The notes beneath the pieces were generated by a model. The model saw only the letters and a list, made by a program, of their open reading frames with translations. It did no database searches and had not been told where the DNA came from. Positions 25,337 through 50,449 of a stretch of DNA of 64,000 nucleotides are shown here, in pieces (position 1 is the stretch's first letter; each line of letters starts with the position of its first letter). The position numbers and the translations under genes were made by a program. The stretch lies in NCBI RefSeq assembly GCF_009914755.1, contig NC_060938.1; one strand, given 5' to 3'. The DNA is from the human T2T-CHM13v2.0 reference genome, Homo sapiens.

Positions 25337-25532
25337 CAGTGGTGTACTGATAAGCCAGCCTGGGGAGGAATTCAGCGGGGAGAAAGAAGCCCTGCTTTGT
25401 AGCATTTGCCAAATTCACTGATGTAGCTGATCCCACCATTGCTAATATCAAGCTACCAACAATTTGGGCTTGCATAACTTCTTAATTATTGGCTCTGGTG
25501 AGATAGTGCTAGCTGGTCCAAGCACACTAACT
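25337..25532 (-). mobile_element. MER63A-like hAT-Blackjack element
   Basis: cagtggtgtactg end; aagccctg.tttgtagcatttgcc; tcaagctaccaac; ccaagcacac end. Confidence 0.65.
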
Positions 25533-26349
25533 AGAAAAATATCTAACAAGATATAAGGCAAAATGGTAATTAAGCAGTTATCTTTGGGTAAAAGAATTTT
25601 AGGGATTTTCTTAATGTCTTCCTGTATTTTCTTAATTGTTTTATGAGCATTCTCACTTTTATAATAAAAATCTATTAACAATTAAAAATGAAGTTATTTG
25701 CATCGGCTATATCTTTCTGGTCATTAAATATTCACACACATACATTCATTCATATATGTGTCTATAAAGGTTTGGATTAAGAGTTCTGTATAGTTGGAAG
25801 TTTTGCACCCCCTCTAAAGAAGACATTGATATTTAAACATTAAGAACAAGTCTACTACTGCACTCTCCTTCTGTGTTAACCTGGCCTTGATGAAGTGGAA
25901 AAAGAAAGAATGGTAAAGGCCCAGCTGAGAAGTCTTTGAACTCTAGCCCTGGAGCATCAAGGGCTAGAAGTGTCTGTTTACAAAACGAAGCATTAACAGC
26001 TGCCCTAGAATCCAAGCGGAAAATAGCCTAAGACAGCCTGCAATGCATGTGCTATAAAACCCAGTTTCACAAAAAGAGCAGGAATATAATCCCACTAGCT
26101 TTGCCACATAAAAATGTAGGTCTGATTAACAGTTCACCAAATTGTTAACGGAAAAAAATCAAAAATAGCTTAAATATCCCACAATAGAAGATTAAATAAT
26201 TTAAAGCTATAAAATGGAATATGCACCTATTAAATGGTGATATTTTAAAATTTCTAACAACATGGGGAAATGGTCATAAATTATTGTGAAAGGAAAAAAT
26301 GTAAGAAAACTGTGTATATAATCCCATTAATAAACTACATATTTGTATA

Positions 26350-26383
26350 TGAGAGAGAGACACACAGAGAGAGAGAGAGAGAG

Positions 26384-26426
<43 letters not shown>
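26350..26426. repeat. Compound (GA)n(GT)n microsatellite
   Basis: Seen directly. Confidence 0.9.
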
Positions 26427-26428
<2 letters not shown>

Positions 26429-27334
26429 AAAGACCAGAAAAATATAGCCAAGGTTAATAGCAATTATCTCTGGATTAGGGTATTATAGATGATCTTTTTA
26501 TATTTGCCCATTTGTATTTTCAAAAATATCTACAGCAAATATATATTATTTGGGTATTTTTTTTTTTTAGTCACCAAGCAGGGGAAACCCAAATTGTAAC
26601 AAGTAAATGAAAAGATGCCCAACCTCACAATCAATCACAGAAATAGAAATTAAAACAATATACTTCTTTATTCCCATCAGATTGACAAGGCTAAACAGAT
26701 GGATAAGACCAAATATTGGTGAATATTTAAGGAAATGGGAATTCTAATTTACTACTGGTGGGAGCATAAACTGGGTAGCCATTCTAAAAAACAACTTGGC
26801 AATATTTAGTGAAATTAAGTATGTGTACGGGCCACAAGTCAGCAATTCCTTTTCTCGGTATATACTAGAGTAACCTTTGCACATATCAATAGGATATATG
26901 CATAAGGATGTACACAGCAGCACTATTTGTTTTAGTTTTCAACACACCTAGGTATCAATTATTAGAGAAACATACAAGTAAAATGTGGAAATACATATAC
27001 AATGGAACATTATACAACAGTCAGTTGTTGTAAACTAGATTTACAAATACAGTATGCGCTTCCATAATTCCTTTTTTTGATCAAAAAAGAATAAATAGAT
27101 TCACAGCATAATACCATTATACGGATTAAAAACACATACACACAAAACAATATGAAAATATTTCAAAAATAAGCACTTACTTACATTAAGCATATTAAAT
27201 AGTTGGCCCTCCACATCCATGGGTTCAACCAGCTATGGACTGAAAATATGCCAGAGCCGGGCACAGCGGCTCACGCCTATAATCCTGGCACTTCGGGAGG
27301 CTGAGGCGGGCAGATCACCTGAGGTCCGGAGTTA

Positions 27335-27625
<291 letters not shown>

Positions 27626-27661
27626 CTAGGAGGACTGCTTGAGGCCAGGAGTTTGAGCTTA

Positions 27662-27823
<162 letters not shown>

Positions 27824-27852
27824 CTAGCCAACATGGAGAAACCCCATCTCTA

Positions 27853-29370
<1,518 letters not shown>

Positions 29371-29419
29371 AAACTAACAAAAAAAAAAACAGGGGATGGT
29401 ACTCATGAACCAATAATGA

Positions 29420-29747
<328 letters not shown>

Positions 29748-30938
29748 TAGCCAGGATGGTCTCGATCTCCTGACCTTGTGATCCGCCCACCTCGGCCTCC
29801 CAGAGTGCTGGGATTACAGGCGTGAGCCACCACATCCGGCCTAAATTTGTTTTTGAGACAGGGTCTCTGTCACCCAGGCTGGAGAGCAGTGGGGTACAAT
29901 CAGAGCTCACTGCAGCCTCAAACTGCTGGGCTCAAGCAATCTTCCTGCCTCAGCCTTCGTGAGTAGCTAGGACCACGTGCACGCACCACCATGTCCAGCT
30001 AATTTTTTAGAATTATTTGTAATGACAAGGTCTCACTATGTTTGCCCAGGCTGCAATCAAACTCCTGAGCTCAAGTGATTCCTCTGCCTCAGCCTCCCAA
30101 AGTGCTAGGATTACAGGAGTGAGCCACTGCACCTGGCTAAAAACTTTTTATCATGGTGGGAAAAGACCTCATAATTCAAATCCAGTTTCTGCAGCTATTT
30201 TTCTTCAACAGATGGAGAAAAATACTACTAATCAACAATATCTCCTTGATCACAAATACATTTCTAGAGTAAATTAAATGACTGATTCCCTATCTGTTAT
30301 ATGGATCCTAAAACATAAAAATAATAACTAAAAATAGCAGGAGCAGATGCCTTTTACTGAGAGCCCATAAAGTATTGCACTGTAGATATATCTAATCTAA
30401 CAATCCTCAGAGATTACACACTATATTACTATCTCAGAGAGATTAATTGATTTGCCTAAGAACACACAACTATGTAGTGTAACTAGGAATCAAATATAAT
30501 CTTCTACTATAAAGTCTGTGCTCTCTCACTCTACCCCAATGTCCACATACCAAACAATTATAATAATAATATCTTCCATTGTAGCACCTCCAATGTATTA
30601 GGCACTGTATTAGGTACTTTACATAAATTATCTCCTTCACACTTCACGACTGCCTTGGAAGTCAGATATTATTAATTCCATTTTACAGATGAGGAAACAG
30701 AAGCTTATAAACTCAGTAACTTGCCCAAGGTCTCAAGATTCAAGCCAAGTTTCACTTTGCGTTATCAAAAGCTCACTTTCACAACTAAATTTAAAATTAT
30801 CTTTACTATTTTTAGTCCTTTGGTTCTCCACACTACCCAGTTAAATGTGTATTATGTAATAATAAAGCACCTATGTGCTGAACATCACATTGAAGTCAAA
30901 CAAACACAATTTTGATATAAAATAAATGTAATCATATA

Positions 30939-31315
30939 ACTGTGACAGATGTTAACTGGTTACTCAAAAGGCCATTCCCAAATCCCTACTCCCTCCTTGC
31001 CTCTCATTACAGAGGCCAAAAGACGAAAACAGCTGGAGGTGACCATATGACCCAATTTTGGCCCTTGGAACATCAGAAGTGACTTGCTGGAATCACTAAT
31101 AAGAAAGCTTTTCCTTGGCATAGTCTTTTTCCTTCTTCCTTGAATGTAGGTGGAAGGCTGGACCTGCAGTAGCCATCTTAAGACCATGAAAGGCCAAGCA
31201 AATCACAAATTCATAGGCCCCAACAATGTTGAACCATTAAAGCAACATGAGCAGCTGCCAACTTCAGATTTATGTAAGCTTTATAGTCAGGTTTTCAACT
31301 GCTTACAGCCTGATT
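30939..31315 (+). mobile_element. Old MLT1-type LTR
   Basis: ggtgaccatatgacccaattttggcc; gcagtagccatctt motifs. Confidence 0.5.
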
Positions 31316-31645
31316 CACCCATTATATATCACCATATCAGAAACTCCACCACAATTTTAACTGTAAGTAACTTCCTGGCTAATAATTAAAAACAAAGTCA
31401 CATACTAGTCCTAAATTAGTCTGACAAAATTACAATCTCCTGATGAGGACTATTCTGAGTATTTGCTCAGGAAGCTGTGAGAAGCCTGAGCTGAGGAAAG
31501 AATGAGAGACAAGAATACAGAATCGGGGAGCTCCCTGGGCTCTGAATTGCACACATGGTAAGAGCCCAGACTCTCAAGATAATTACCAGAAGTATGTCAT
31601 CAGAAGGGACACATCCTTGAACAATAATATAAGCCTTCAAGAGAT

Positions 31646-32333
<688 letters not shown>

Positions 32334-32674
32334 TCAGGGTCTTGGGGTTACAGGAAAAAATAGTTTGCATTCAATAATAAATGTTTATAAAGTATAATAT
32401 CCTTTTTCTTAGAAGATGCATGCTCAAGTATTTAGAGGTAAATTATGTTGTCTACAACTTACTTTCAAGTGGTTTATATAAAAGAGGATACATACATATT
32501 AGAATACACATATAAAGCATGGGAAAATGTGAAAAAATATTGAAATATCAGTGGGGGATATACAGATGTTCAACATATGTCTTACAACATTCTTGTACAT
32601 TTGAAATATTTCATAATAAAAAGTTGGTGTTAATGTTAATTTCCTGGTTTTGGTATTGTACTACAGCTATGTAA

Positions 32675-33015
<341 letters not shown>

Positions 33016-34056
33016 TGAGAAAATTATTTCAAAACAAAAAGTTAAAAATGTTGGGAAGATTTCTCGCTTGGTAAGATGAAGTAAATATATCTCCCTTTAT
33101 CTTCCAGTTAACTATAACACTGGGATGGAATGCATGAACAGCTATTTGAAGATGCTGTAAAGTAAATATCACAGGTGGATCCAGGGAAATCAACAGAATT
33201 CCAACTATCCCCAAACTAGCTGTGAGTTTATCATTTTTTTCCTCTAGTATCCTCCAGCCTGAACTCAACACAACCTAAAACCCAGAAGTGAGCACAATGG
33301 TGCAGGCAGAGAGAGAAACAGAACCCTCTAGCTCTGGCTCAAGGCCCGTAAAGGGAACTCCTACAGCTCAGAGAAGATGAGGGAAATCCTTTAGGTATTT
33401 TTTTCTTTCTCTTTTTTTTTTTTTTTGACAGGATCTCACTCTGTTGCCCAGGCTAGAATGCAGTGGCACAATCACAGCTCGCCACAACCTCAAACTCCTG
33501 GGCTCAAGTTATCCTCCCGCCTCATCCCCACAAAGTGCTAGGATTACAGGTGTGAGCCACTGTGCTCAGCAGCTTGGGAAAACTCCATACTCTCATGTGT
33601 CAGTCCCCAGGTCATCCATGGTGGGGGCAGCAGCAACAACAGAAGAATCTGGGAATGGAAAGCCTCCAGGAACAAAACTTTTGAAGGAAGGGAACCTTTC
33701 TCTCCATCCTGTGGAGCCGTGCCTCCAAGTGGGCAGGACAAACTCTGTTGTTTTGGGTTTTTTTTTCTTCTCTCTCTGTCCATAGGAAAGTGACCCCATA
33801 ATGTTGTTTATGAACTGCTGGGCTCATCCTCAACCTGTGTAGGTATGCATCTGATACCAATTGGCATAATAAAAACTCTGATAACTGAGATAATGAGTAG
33901 ACCTACACCCAGATCCCAGACTGACCAATGGGTGGAACACTTGTGGGACAGATCTGAATAACACTGCCAAAGCTCAGAAAACTGAATTTATATGGAACCA
34001 CAACCCACAGAAGATTAAAACAAAAATACCAATATTCTCCACAGAATATTAACATA

Positions 34057-34916
34057 TTTTTGTTTTTTGTTTTTTTTTATTATACTTTAAGTTCTAGGGT
34101 ACATGTGCACAACGTGCAGGTTTGTTACATATGTATACATGTGCCACGTTGGTGTGCTGCACCTATTAACTCATCATTTACATTAGGTAAATCTCCTAAT
34201 GCTATCCCTCCCCCCTCCCCCCACCCCATGACAGGCCCCGGTGTGTGATGTTCCCCTTCCTGTGTCCAAGTGTTCTCATTGTTCAATTCCCACCTATGAG
34301 TGAGAACATGCGGTGTTTGGTTTTCTGTCCTTGTGATAGTTTGCTGAGAATGATGGTTTCCAGCTTCATCCATGTCCCTACAAAGGACATGAACTCATCC
34401 TTTTTTATGGCTGCATAGTATTCCATGGTGTCTATGTGCCACATTTTCTTAATCCAGTCTATCATTGATGGACATTTGGGTTGGTTCCAAGTCTTTGCTA
34501 TTGTGAATAGTGCCGCAATAAACATACATGTACATGTGTCTTTATAGTAGCATGATTTATGATCTTTTGGGTATATACCCAGTAATGCAATGGCTGGGTC
34601 AAATGGTATTTCTAGTTCTAGATCCTTGAGGAATTGCCACACTGTCTTCCACGATGGTTGACTAGTTTACACTCCCACCAACAGTGTAAAAGTGTTCCTA
34701 TTTCTCCACATCCTCTCCAGCACCTGTTGTTTCCTGACTTTTTAATGATCACCATTCTAACTGGTGTGAGATGGTATCTCACTGTGGTTTTGATTTGCAT
34801 TTCTCTGATGGCCAGTGATGATGAGCATTTTTTCATGTGTCTGTTGGCTGCATTAATGTCTTCTTTTGAGAAGTGTCTGTTCATATCCTTCGCCCACTTT
34901 TTGATGGGGTTGTTTG
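34057..34916 (-). mobile_element. 5'-truncated primate L1PA (PA4/5-like), ~860 bp
   Basis: tatactttaagttctagggtacatgtgcacaacgtgcagg 3' end; near-intact ORF2 C-terminus (...TWNQPKCPSMIDWIKKMWH...FSLIGGN*). Confidence 0.92.
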
Positions 34917-35916
34917 ATTCTCCCACTTTAGCCTCCAGAGTAGCTGGGGTTACAGGCGTGCACCACCACGTCCAGCTAATTTTTTGTATTTTTAGTAGAG
35001 ACGGGGTTTCACTATTTTGGCCAGGCTGGCCTCCAACTCCCGGCCTCAAGTAATCCACCCACCTGGGCCTCCCAAGGTGCTGGGATGACAGGAGTGAGCC
35101 ACCATGCCAGGCCTCATCTTGTTTTTAAATGCAAAAAAAAAACAAAAAAAACAAACTCACTCCTGTCATCCCAGCCCTTTGGGAGGCCGAGATGAGCAGA
35201 TGGCTTGAGTTCATGAGTTTGAGACAAGCCTGGGCAATACAGCAAAACCCCATTTCTACAAAAAATACAAAAATTAGCCAGGCATGGTAGCATGCTCCTG
35301 TAGTCCCAGTTACTCTGGAGGCAGAGATGAGAGGAGCACTTGAGCCCAGGAGGTGGAGGTTGTAGTGCTAACTGCACTCCTCCCTGGGCAACAGAGCAAG
35401 ACCCTGTCTCAAAACAAAACAAAAACAAAAACAGCTTTCTCAATTACTGTAACTTCTGAACTAAAATATATTGTTTCACAAAAATCAGTCAATTCTGATC
35501 ATTCGCAGTTGAGAATTAACAAACTTCTGATATTGCCTCTATTGACACACTAGGTGGTTCAGTTATTTTCCATTATAGAATTTTACCTGCAAGTACTAGG
35601 GAAATAGTGCTGAACCGACTCTGTTAAATTAAACTCATTATGATGTAAATCACTTTGGAATGAGAAAGTATCTAGATAGCAAGAAAATCTTCTGGGTCTT
35701 CTGCTTCCTAAAGCCTATTGTCCATTCCTATAGTGCACAGACCACAATCACATGTGATGTTTACAGAATTCTCTAAAAATATTTTCCATCACATCCAGAA
35801 TTTGAGAATTACCTATATTCAAACCTGCCACAGGCAGTTTATATAACTGGTAGCAGTCAATAAGGCAACAAAATACTCTGTAACTTTGCAGTTTTCTCAT
35901 CCCACTGAAAAAACTT

Positions 35917-36880
<964 letters not shown>

Positions 36881-37058
36881 AATTCCAAATCTATTTCACT
36901 TTATTTCTGTTTAGACATCTTATTTTCAATATCATCCTCTACTACACAAGAACACATCAAATTCTTATTGAACTCATACACCATAATATCCTGTAAATAT
37001 TCCTCTTTTTCATATATTACATGTTATTTATATTCTTTATCTCAAAAGTAATACAAAT

Positions 37059-37640
37059 TGTGGCAGATATTATCCAAAGATGCCTACAACGTTAGATTCC
37101 ATCCCATATGCTCTTCTTACAATATGATGTTGATCCTTTCAAGTGGTGGGGTCTATGTCCACAGCTTCCTTGAAACTTGGGAGAACCTTTACAACTACAT
37201 CAACCAGTAGGACAGAGCAAAGTAACACTATGTGACTTCCAAAACCAAGTCAAATATGCCATGCACCTTTGCCTTCCTCTCTTGGGATGCTCTCTCTCTC
37301 GGAACCCAGGCACCATGCTGTGAAGAAGCCAAGCAGCCACAAGGAGAAGTCACATGAAGGTGTTCTTGCCAACAGCCCAGGCTGAGGTCCTAGCCAACAG
37401 CCAGCTTTAACCACCAGATATGTGAGTGAGCAAGCCTACCTTCAAAGGATCCCAGTTCCCAGCCACTGAGCCACTCCAACCCTTCCAGCCACCCCACCTC
37501 ATGCTGTATGTTAACAGAGACAAGCATCCCTACCAATCAAGCCTTGCTCAAACTGCAAATATATGAACAAAATAAATGACTGTTGTTTTAAGCCACTAAG
37601 TTTGAGGTACTTTGTTACACAGCAATAGATAACTGCAACA
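37059..37640 (+). mobile_element. MLT1F/G-type MaLR LTR
   Basis: tgtggcaga...; 3' end aataaatgactgttgttttaagccactaagtttg.ggt..tttgttacacagcaatagataac. Confidence 0.8.
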
Positions 37641-37905
37641 CAAGCTCATAAATACAATCTGGAAAACAGACAAAAAGAAAAACAATTTTAATTATTCTAA
37701 GTTTTACCATTATAACACATTTTGACACACATTTTACAATTAAGGAAATGTTTCACCCTACCCACCTAAGATTCCAAGTGATTTTACCAGGACAAAGGGT
37801 TATATTTGTAAAGGCAATAAAATGTTTGCATCTAACTACAAACTGGAAGAAAGACTGTTAGCTTTCAATCCACTTTGCTTATCCTTAAGTATCTCTTTCA
37901 CTTAC

Positions 37906-38037
37906 TTGTCCTAAGTGAGGCGTCTGAGGATTGCTGGCCCACCAATATTCCAATCTATGGATATAGATCAAGATCTTGAATTGTAACAGTGGCTGCACTG
38001 GCACTCTTCCCCGGAAGAAGTTGCTTAAGCCTCAAAT
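37906..38037 (-). other. NUMB: Spliced non-coding exon (132 bp), 5'UTR exon 2 of NUMB
   Basis: Minus strand reads ttttctttccttgaaaatttcag|ATTTGAGGCTTAAGCAACTTCTTCCGGGGAAGAGTGCC...CTCACTTAGGACAA|gtaagt: polypyrimidine tract, CAG acceptor and consensus donor. No ATG in the exon. Sequence recognised from memory as human NUMB mRNA 5'UTR; not database-verified. Confidence 0.9.
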
Positions 38038-39000
38038 CTGAAATTTTCAAGGAAAGAAAATCTTAAATATACATATCTCCTTTCAATCACTTAAAATTTC
38101 ACATCTATAGTTGAGTAAGGACTGATGGAGTTGGTTACGATATATGGAAATGAATGCACAGGTTTCACTAAAAATAGAGTTGGCCTCTGCAATTCTTGAA
38201 ACAGGGCAAAAATAATAACAATTTTAAAAACTGAGGTGGATAATATGGGTTCAAGTTCCAGCCTTACATTCTTAAGAGCTATACGATCTCAGTTAAGTCA
38301 CAAATTCTCCGTGCATAAGTCTGATACTGTGATGAAGACTGAGGGAACCAGATCAAAATTTTGGGCTAGGAGTCAGAAGACCTGGGTTCCAAACTCAGTG
38401 ATCATTCTCCCTTGCTGTAAGAACTTTGATACGTCTCTATGGGATTGATTTTATCATCTCTAAAAGGGGAAGGTTGAATTAAATAGTGGTTGTTCAAATC
38501 TAATTCTTGAACAGATGCGAGCCATGACTAAAAACTATGTATAAAGTTACCAATTATGCTTACTATGAAACTGTCCTTCCTACATTTTTGGTGTTAAAAT
38601 GGCTTCTTTTATGAGATTATGTGAAAGTAACAGTAGATGGTAGCAGTTGTTGTTTAAGTTCTCCATAGCCAAAATAAAGAGCTGTAATTCTATGTAAGCA
38701 ATCTATAAATTCTTTTTAGAAATTCTAGTGTCTGTATGATTTACATGAACTCTAAAATTCCTTATACTTCTAACAGCCTACATACTCACTATTCAACTAA
38801 TATTTATTAGGTAACCAATATGTAAAGGTAGTCTACTTGTTGCTGGGCTACCCAAAACGTAAGATTAGTCCCTCCTCTGAAAAGCTCCCAATTTTAATAG
38901 GGAAATAGACACATATATCTCAAATACAACATAAATGGGTTAAGTCTTCTAATACAGGTTATGAATCTTATAATATATGGGAGGAAGAATGATAGGATGG

Positions 39001-43733
<4,733 letters not shown>

Positions 43734-44526
43734 TCTTGTAACTATTTTCAAGAAAACCAATATTCCAACGATGCTAGTCAAGAAGCCATGATAAATGGAT
43801 GTTAGTAGTAATTATGCAATACTTTAGAATTAGAGCAGGCTATGTTTTATAATAAAGAGGAAATATGAAAACAGATTATTTCTAAAACAGTACTACAAAA
43901 GAAAGAAAAAAAATCTAGATTTCTATAAACAATTGGAAATGCTGGCACTTCACAGTGAATTCATAGAACTCAACTAAAGGCTGTTGGTTCAAAGATTTGG
44001 CTTGCCAAATTTTCCCCTATAGATAAACATTTAATATCCACTGTGACATTTTATGCCACTTCCTAGATTAAAAGTCTTTTGTAAATTCCATGAAGATAAA
44101 TGAACACCCAGATTGTTTACATCCAGGTATCTGCCACTAGAGGAACAGATCAGAGAAGAGCAACTTAAGCACAACATACAAGCTTTATTGAGACCTGCAA
44201 AACAACGAAATTTGACACATTCTCCATACAAAATATGCTTAAGGGAAAAAATTATGTTAGTTGGAAAAACCACAGTAAATACTCTTACTTTTTCTTTTCT
44301 TTTTTTTTTTTTTTACTAGAATCACTATGCCAGTTAGAATAAGTTTAAAGGTTGTGGGGGCGCACTCCTATTCACTACTAGCAGGGCTTTATCCAACAAT
44401 GGCATATCAGTATAAAAGCTCTTTAGAAAATAATCACATTTCAAAATTATGCCCATCCTTTGACCCAATAGTTACACTTCTAGAAAATGTATCCAAAATA
44501 AATAAGTGTGCAAATATGTATGTATA

Positions 44527-45530
44527 GGCTGAGGGCAGTGACTCAGACTGTAATCCCATCACTTTGGGAGGCCAAGGAGGGAGGATCACATGAGGCCAGG
44601 AGTACTAGACCAGCTTGGCCAATGTGGCAAAAGCCCTTATCTACTAAAAATACAAAAATTAGCCAGGTGTGGTGGCACATGCCTGTAAATCCCAGCTACT
44701 TGGGGGGCTGAGGCATGAGAATCACTTGAACCTGGGAGGCAGAGGTTGCAGTTAATACAGACAGCAGGCAGGGAAATACAGGGTAGAAGAGGGCAGTTCT
44801 CCAGCAAAGGCCGGCCCTAAATGGGAACAAGCATTCCTGTTTTTGTGCCTAAATGTTGCCTTTGGGCCCACCACGCCCCCTTATCCTGTACCCATTGAAA
44901 CCCCAACCCCCAGGCTCCACAAGCAGAAGAGCAGAACAGAAGAGCAGCAGAATGGCATGGCAGAGGAGAAGAGAAGGAGCATCTGAACATTGAGAGGAGT
45001 TTGGCTGGGGATGGCTGGAGAGGAGATCGGTCACAGGATGGCCGAATTCCAGGCGACGATCATCTTCCCACTCCAACCCCTTTCCAGCTTCCCCATCATC
45101 CTGCTGAGAGCCACTTCCATCACTCAATAAAACCTCTGCATTCACCACCCTCAAGTCCATGTGTGACCTTATCCTTCCTGGATGCCAGACAAGGACTCAG
45201 GTAACAAGAGGGCAGAGTGTAAAAGGCTTCACTCTGACTTACACACTTAGCCATCTGTAGATGGCAACTGCTAAAAGAGCATTAATTGTAACACACTCCT
45301 AGACGTTACCATGGGGCTGGAGCCCAAAAGCACTCTCCCTGGCTCCTGCACCTGCCTGTCTGCATGTTCCCCCTCCTGTAAGGGGTTTGAGTGAGGGGCA
45401 ACTGAGCCATACCGCTATCACAAGTCCCAGAAGGGGGTCAGGAAACTCTCCTGTTTCACTGTGAGCCAAGGTCGAGCCACTGCACTCCAGCCTGGGTGAC
45501 AAAGTGAGACCCTCTCTCAAAAAAAAAAAA
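44527..45530 (+). mobile_element. AluS split by an LTR
   Basis: ...agaggttgcagt [LTR] ctgtgagccaagg...cactgcactccagcc. Confidence 0.85.
44753..45458 (+). mobile_element. MER50-like ERV1 solo LTR
   Basis: t(a)atacagacagcaggcagggaaatacagggtagaagagggc start; ggggtcaggaaactctcctgtttca end; internal AATAAA; 4-bp TSD cagt/ctgt. Confidence 0.8.
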
Positions 45531-45579
45531 AGGTATGTATTGATTAAAAATACATCTATAATGTAAAAAAACAAAATCA

Positions 45580-46881
<1,302 letters not shown>

Positions 46882-47125
46882 TCATTATTCAGCACCCCTA
46901 TACAAGTCATCAAGAATAGGACCAAAGAGTCACCCTTATAGTTCAAAGCATAATTACAGAAGTTATAATTTGTATCCACATTCTAATAATTAAACCCTGA
47001 ATCAAAGTTAAAACTTGGAGCTTCTTTGCATAAATTTTTGATGACATAAGATTAAAGTTAAGTATGTTCATAATGTCAGGTTTATAAAAAAAAGAAAAAC
47101 AAATAAAAAATAAATTCCTACGTAA

Positions 47126-47505
<380 letters not shown>

Positions 47506-47842
47506 AGGAAAACCTCAAGAGATATAACTGAATACTCATATTAGAAAGTCCCCAGAAAACTGAAGAATAAACTATTGAAATTTGAGCCTTAATGAATATG
47601 CAGTTTATGGTCAAAATAAGTAAAACGGGGAGCTAAGTCTGACATCAAAGTAAACAGAAAGTCCCACCCAAGAACAGAAAGTCCCACCCAATCCCATCCT
47701 GCCCCTTAACATCCTCAGACAATGGTGGGAAACTCTGGCATAACCCAAAATATGTAGTTAGGGCACACGTACAGAATTCACTCCATCAAGGAATGGGAGT
47801 ACTTAAGGGATGAATCCAAACTTAGTCCAAGCTGAAACTTAA

Positions 47843-48064
<222 letters not shown>

Positions 48065-48504
48065 TGATCCACCCGCCTTGGCCTCCCAAAGTGCTGGGAT
48101 TACAGGTGTGAGCCACGGCACCCAGCCCTAGCTGAAACCTTATTGCACTCAAGACCCAGATGTTTCCAGGTATGAGAGCAGTGTTCCTGCTTAGCCAGGC
48201 ACTCACTGCAAGACACGTTGTCGTCTGACACAATCTATAAGCAAAGGAAAGCCAGGTCAACAGACTCACACTCCAAAGGAAACCAAGACAGCTGTCTTCA
48301 ACTGTGAAAATGAACTGGGAAATCATTTATATGGTCACAATCAGCACTTAGAGAAAAACACACTGGAAAAGATAAGTGTATCACATGTATAAGGGTGACT
48401 ATTGATTCACATTTTTTTTTCAACTGTCTGTGTGTGCATGTGTGTGTATAGGTGTGTGTAGGTGGGGAAATTACCACCAAAAATGTTTTAAAAATTCATT
48501 GTTA

Positions 48505-48865
48505 GGCCAGGCACAGTGGCTCACACCTGTAATCCCAGCACTTTGGGATGCCAACGCACGCGGATTGCTTGAGTCCAGAAGTTTGAGACTAGCTTGCTTG
48601 ACGTGGCAAAACCTTGTCTCTACGAAATATACAAAAATCAGCCAGGTGTCATGGCACACGTCTGTAATCCTGGCTACTTGGGAGGCTGAGACATGAGAAT
48701 TGCTTGAATCTGGGAGGTAGAGGTTGCAGTGAGCTGAGATCGCACCATATTATTATGGAAATAGACACTTGCACCTATACACAGAATCACCATGAATATG
48801 GCTGCACTCCAGCCCGAGCAACAGAGCCAGACCCTGTCTCAAGAAAAAACACAATAAAATAAAAT
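48505..48865 (+). mobile_element. Alu carrying a 55-bp templated insert
   Basis: gagatcgcacca[insert]ctgcactccagcc. Confidence 0.85.
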
Positions 48866-49062
48866 TCATTATTGTAGAGAAATTTTGTATTAACATGTGT
48901 ACCTGAAGACATAAGCAAGAATATTTTTGTAAGAGCAACAAAATGCGGGAAAAAAATCTATCTTTAGAAAAAAGACAAATTGTGGCATAGTCATAAAATT
49001 AATACAAGTATCTGAGAAATGCACAACAGTGCACAAACCTGAAATAAATTGCAAATAGGTAA

Positions 49063-49452
<390 letters not shown>

Positions 49453-50449
49453 TAATTTTTAATAAAATATTTTAATATGCAAATGCTCAGGTATAATCAT
49501 CCTAAAATTCATATTATTACGGAAATAGACACTTGCACCTATACACAGAATCACCATGAATATGACAGCTACAAATGTAGATTGAGACAAATAAGCTGAA
49601 TAGGAAAATCAAATACCATAAGGGGCAATGCCATTAGTAATAGGATTTTCTAAAACAGTGAACAACTCTTGGTAAAGTTCTGAACAAAACAAAGTACAAT
49701 TTGCCCCAGGTTAATACTCAGTAGTTACATTCCTGGAAAATTCGGTGTCTATTAAAACTATGTTTAAAAAAAACAAACACTTTGTGTCTAAATGTAAAAC
49801 AGAATTAGAATAACCTAAGTATAGGCCGGGTACCGTGGCTCACACCTGTAATCCCAGCACTTTGGGAGGCCGAGGTGGGTGGATCATTTCAGGTCAGGAG
49901 TTTGAGCCCAGCCTGGCCAACATCGTGAAACCCCGTCTCTACTAAAAATACAAAAAATTAGCCCGGTGTAGTGATGGGTGACCGTAGTCAATCCCAGCTA
50001 CTCAGGAGGCTGAGGCAAGAGAATCGCTTGAATCTGGGAGGTGGAGGTTGCAGTGAGCCAAGATTGCACCACTACACCCCAGCCTGGACGACAGAGCGAG
50101 ACTTCATAAAAAAAAAAAAAAGATAAGCATAAACAGGTTTTTCACCTACAATGTCTGGGGAAATAAAGTTATGCGGAACTGTCTCATACCTTGTGGGATG
50201 TCAGGCACTCCTGGCTCCTGTTCATTGAATGTCAAAACTGGACTCATCCTCCTCTAATCATTGTGGCAACCAAAAGTGCATCCTCAAAGATCCAAACACG
50301 TCATAGTAGCAGTACTATCCTTGTGGAGAACCAGAGCCTTTAAGCAATGATAGAGCTCAATATGGCCTCCAAATTGCCCTTGTTTTCATGACACCATGAG
50401 TTGAATAGGATAAAAAGCCTAACCAATTTCTAACTCTGGTAAAGAAGGT

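Noticed and set aside
33444-33785. 113-aa ORF with a partly unique-looking C-terminus
   Set aside because: Starts in an antisense Alu at a non-ATG codon and runs into probable old L1 5' sequence; no splice support.
34283-35058. ORFs resembling a real protein (119 and 146 aa)
   Set aside because: L1 ORF2 C-terminus of a truncated, frameshifted L1PA fused to Alu; not a host gene.
48130-48420. Unique, motif-rich stretch that might be an enhancer (a similar one lies at ~9860-10080)
   Set aside because: Only short motifs expected by chance; needs chromatin or conservation data.
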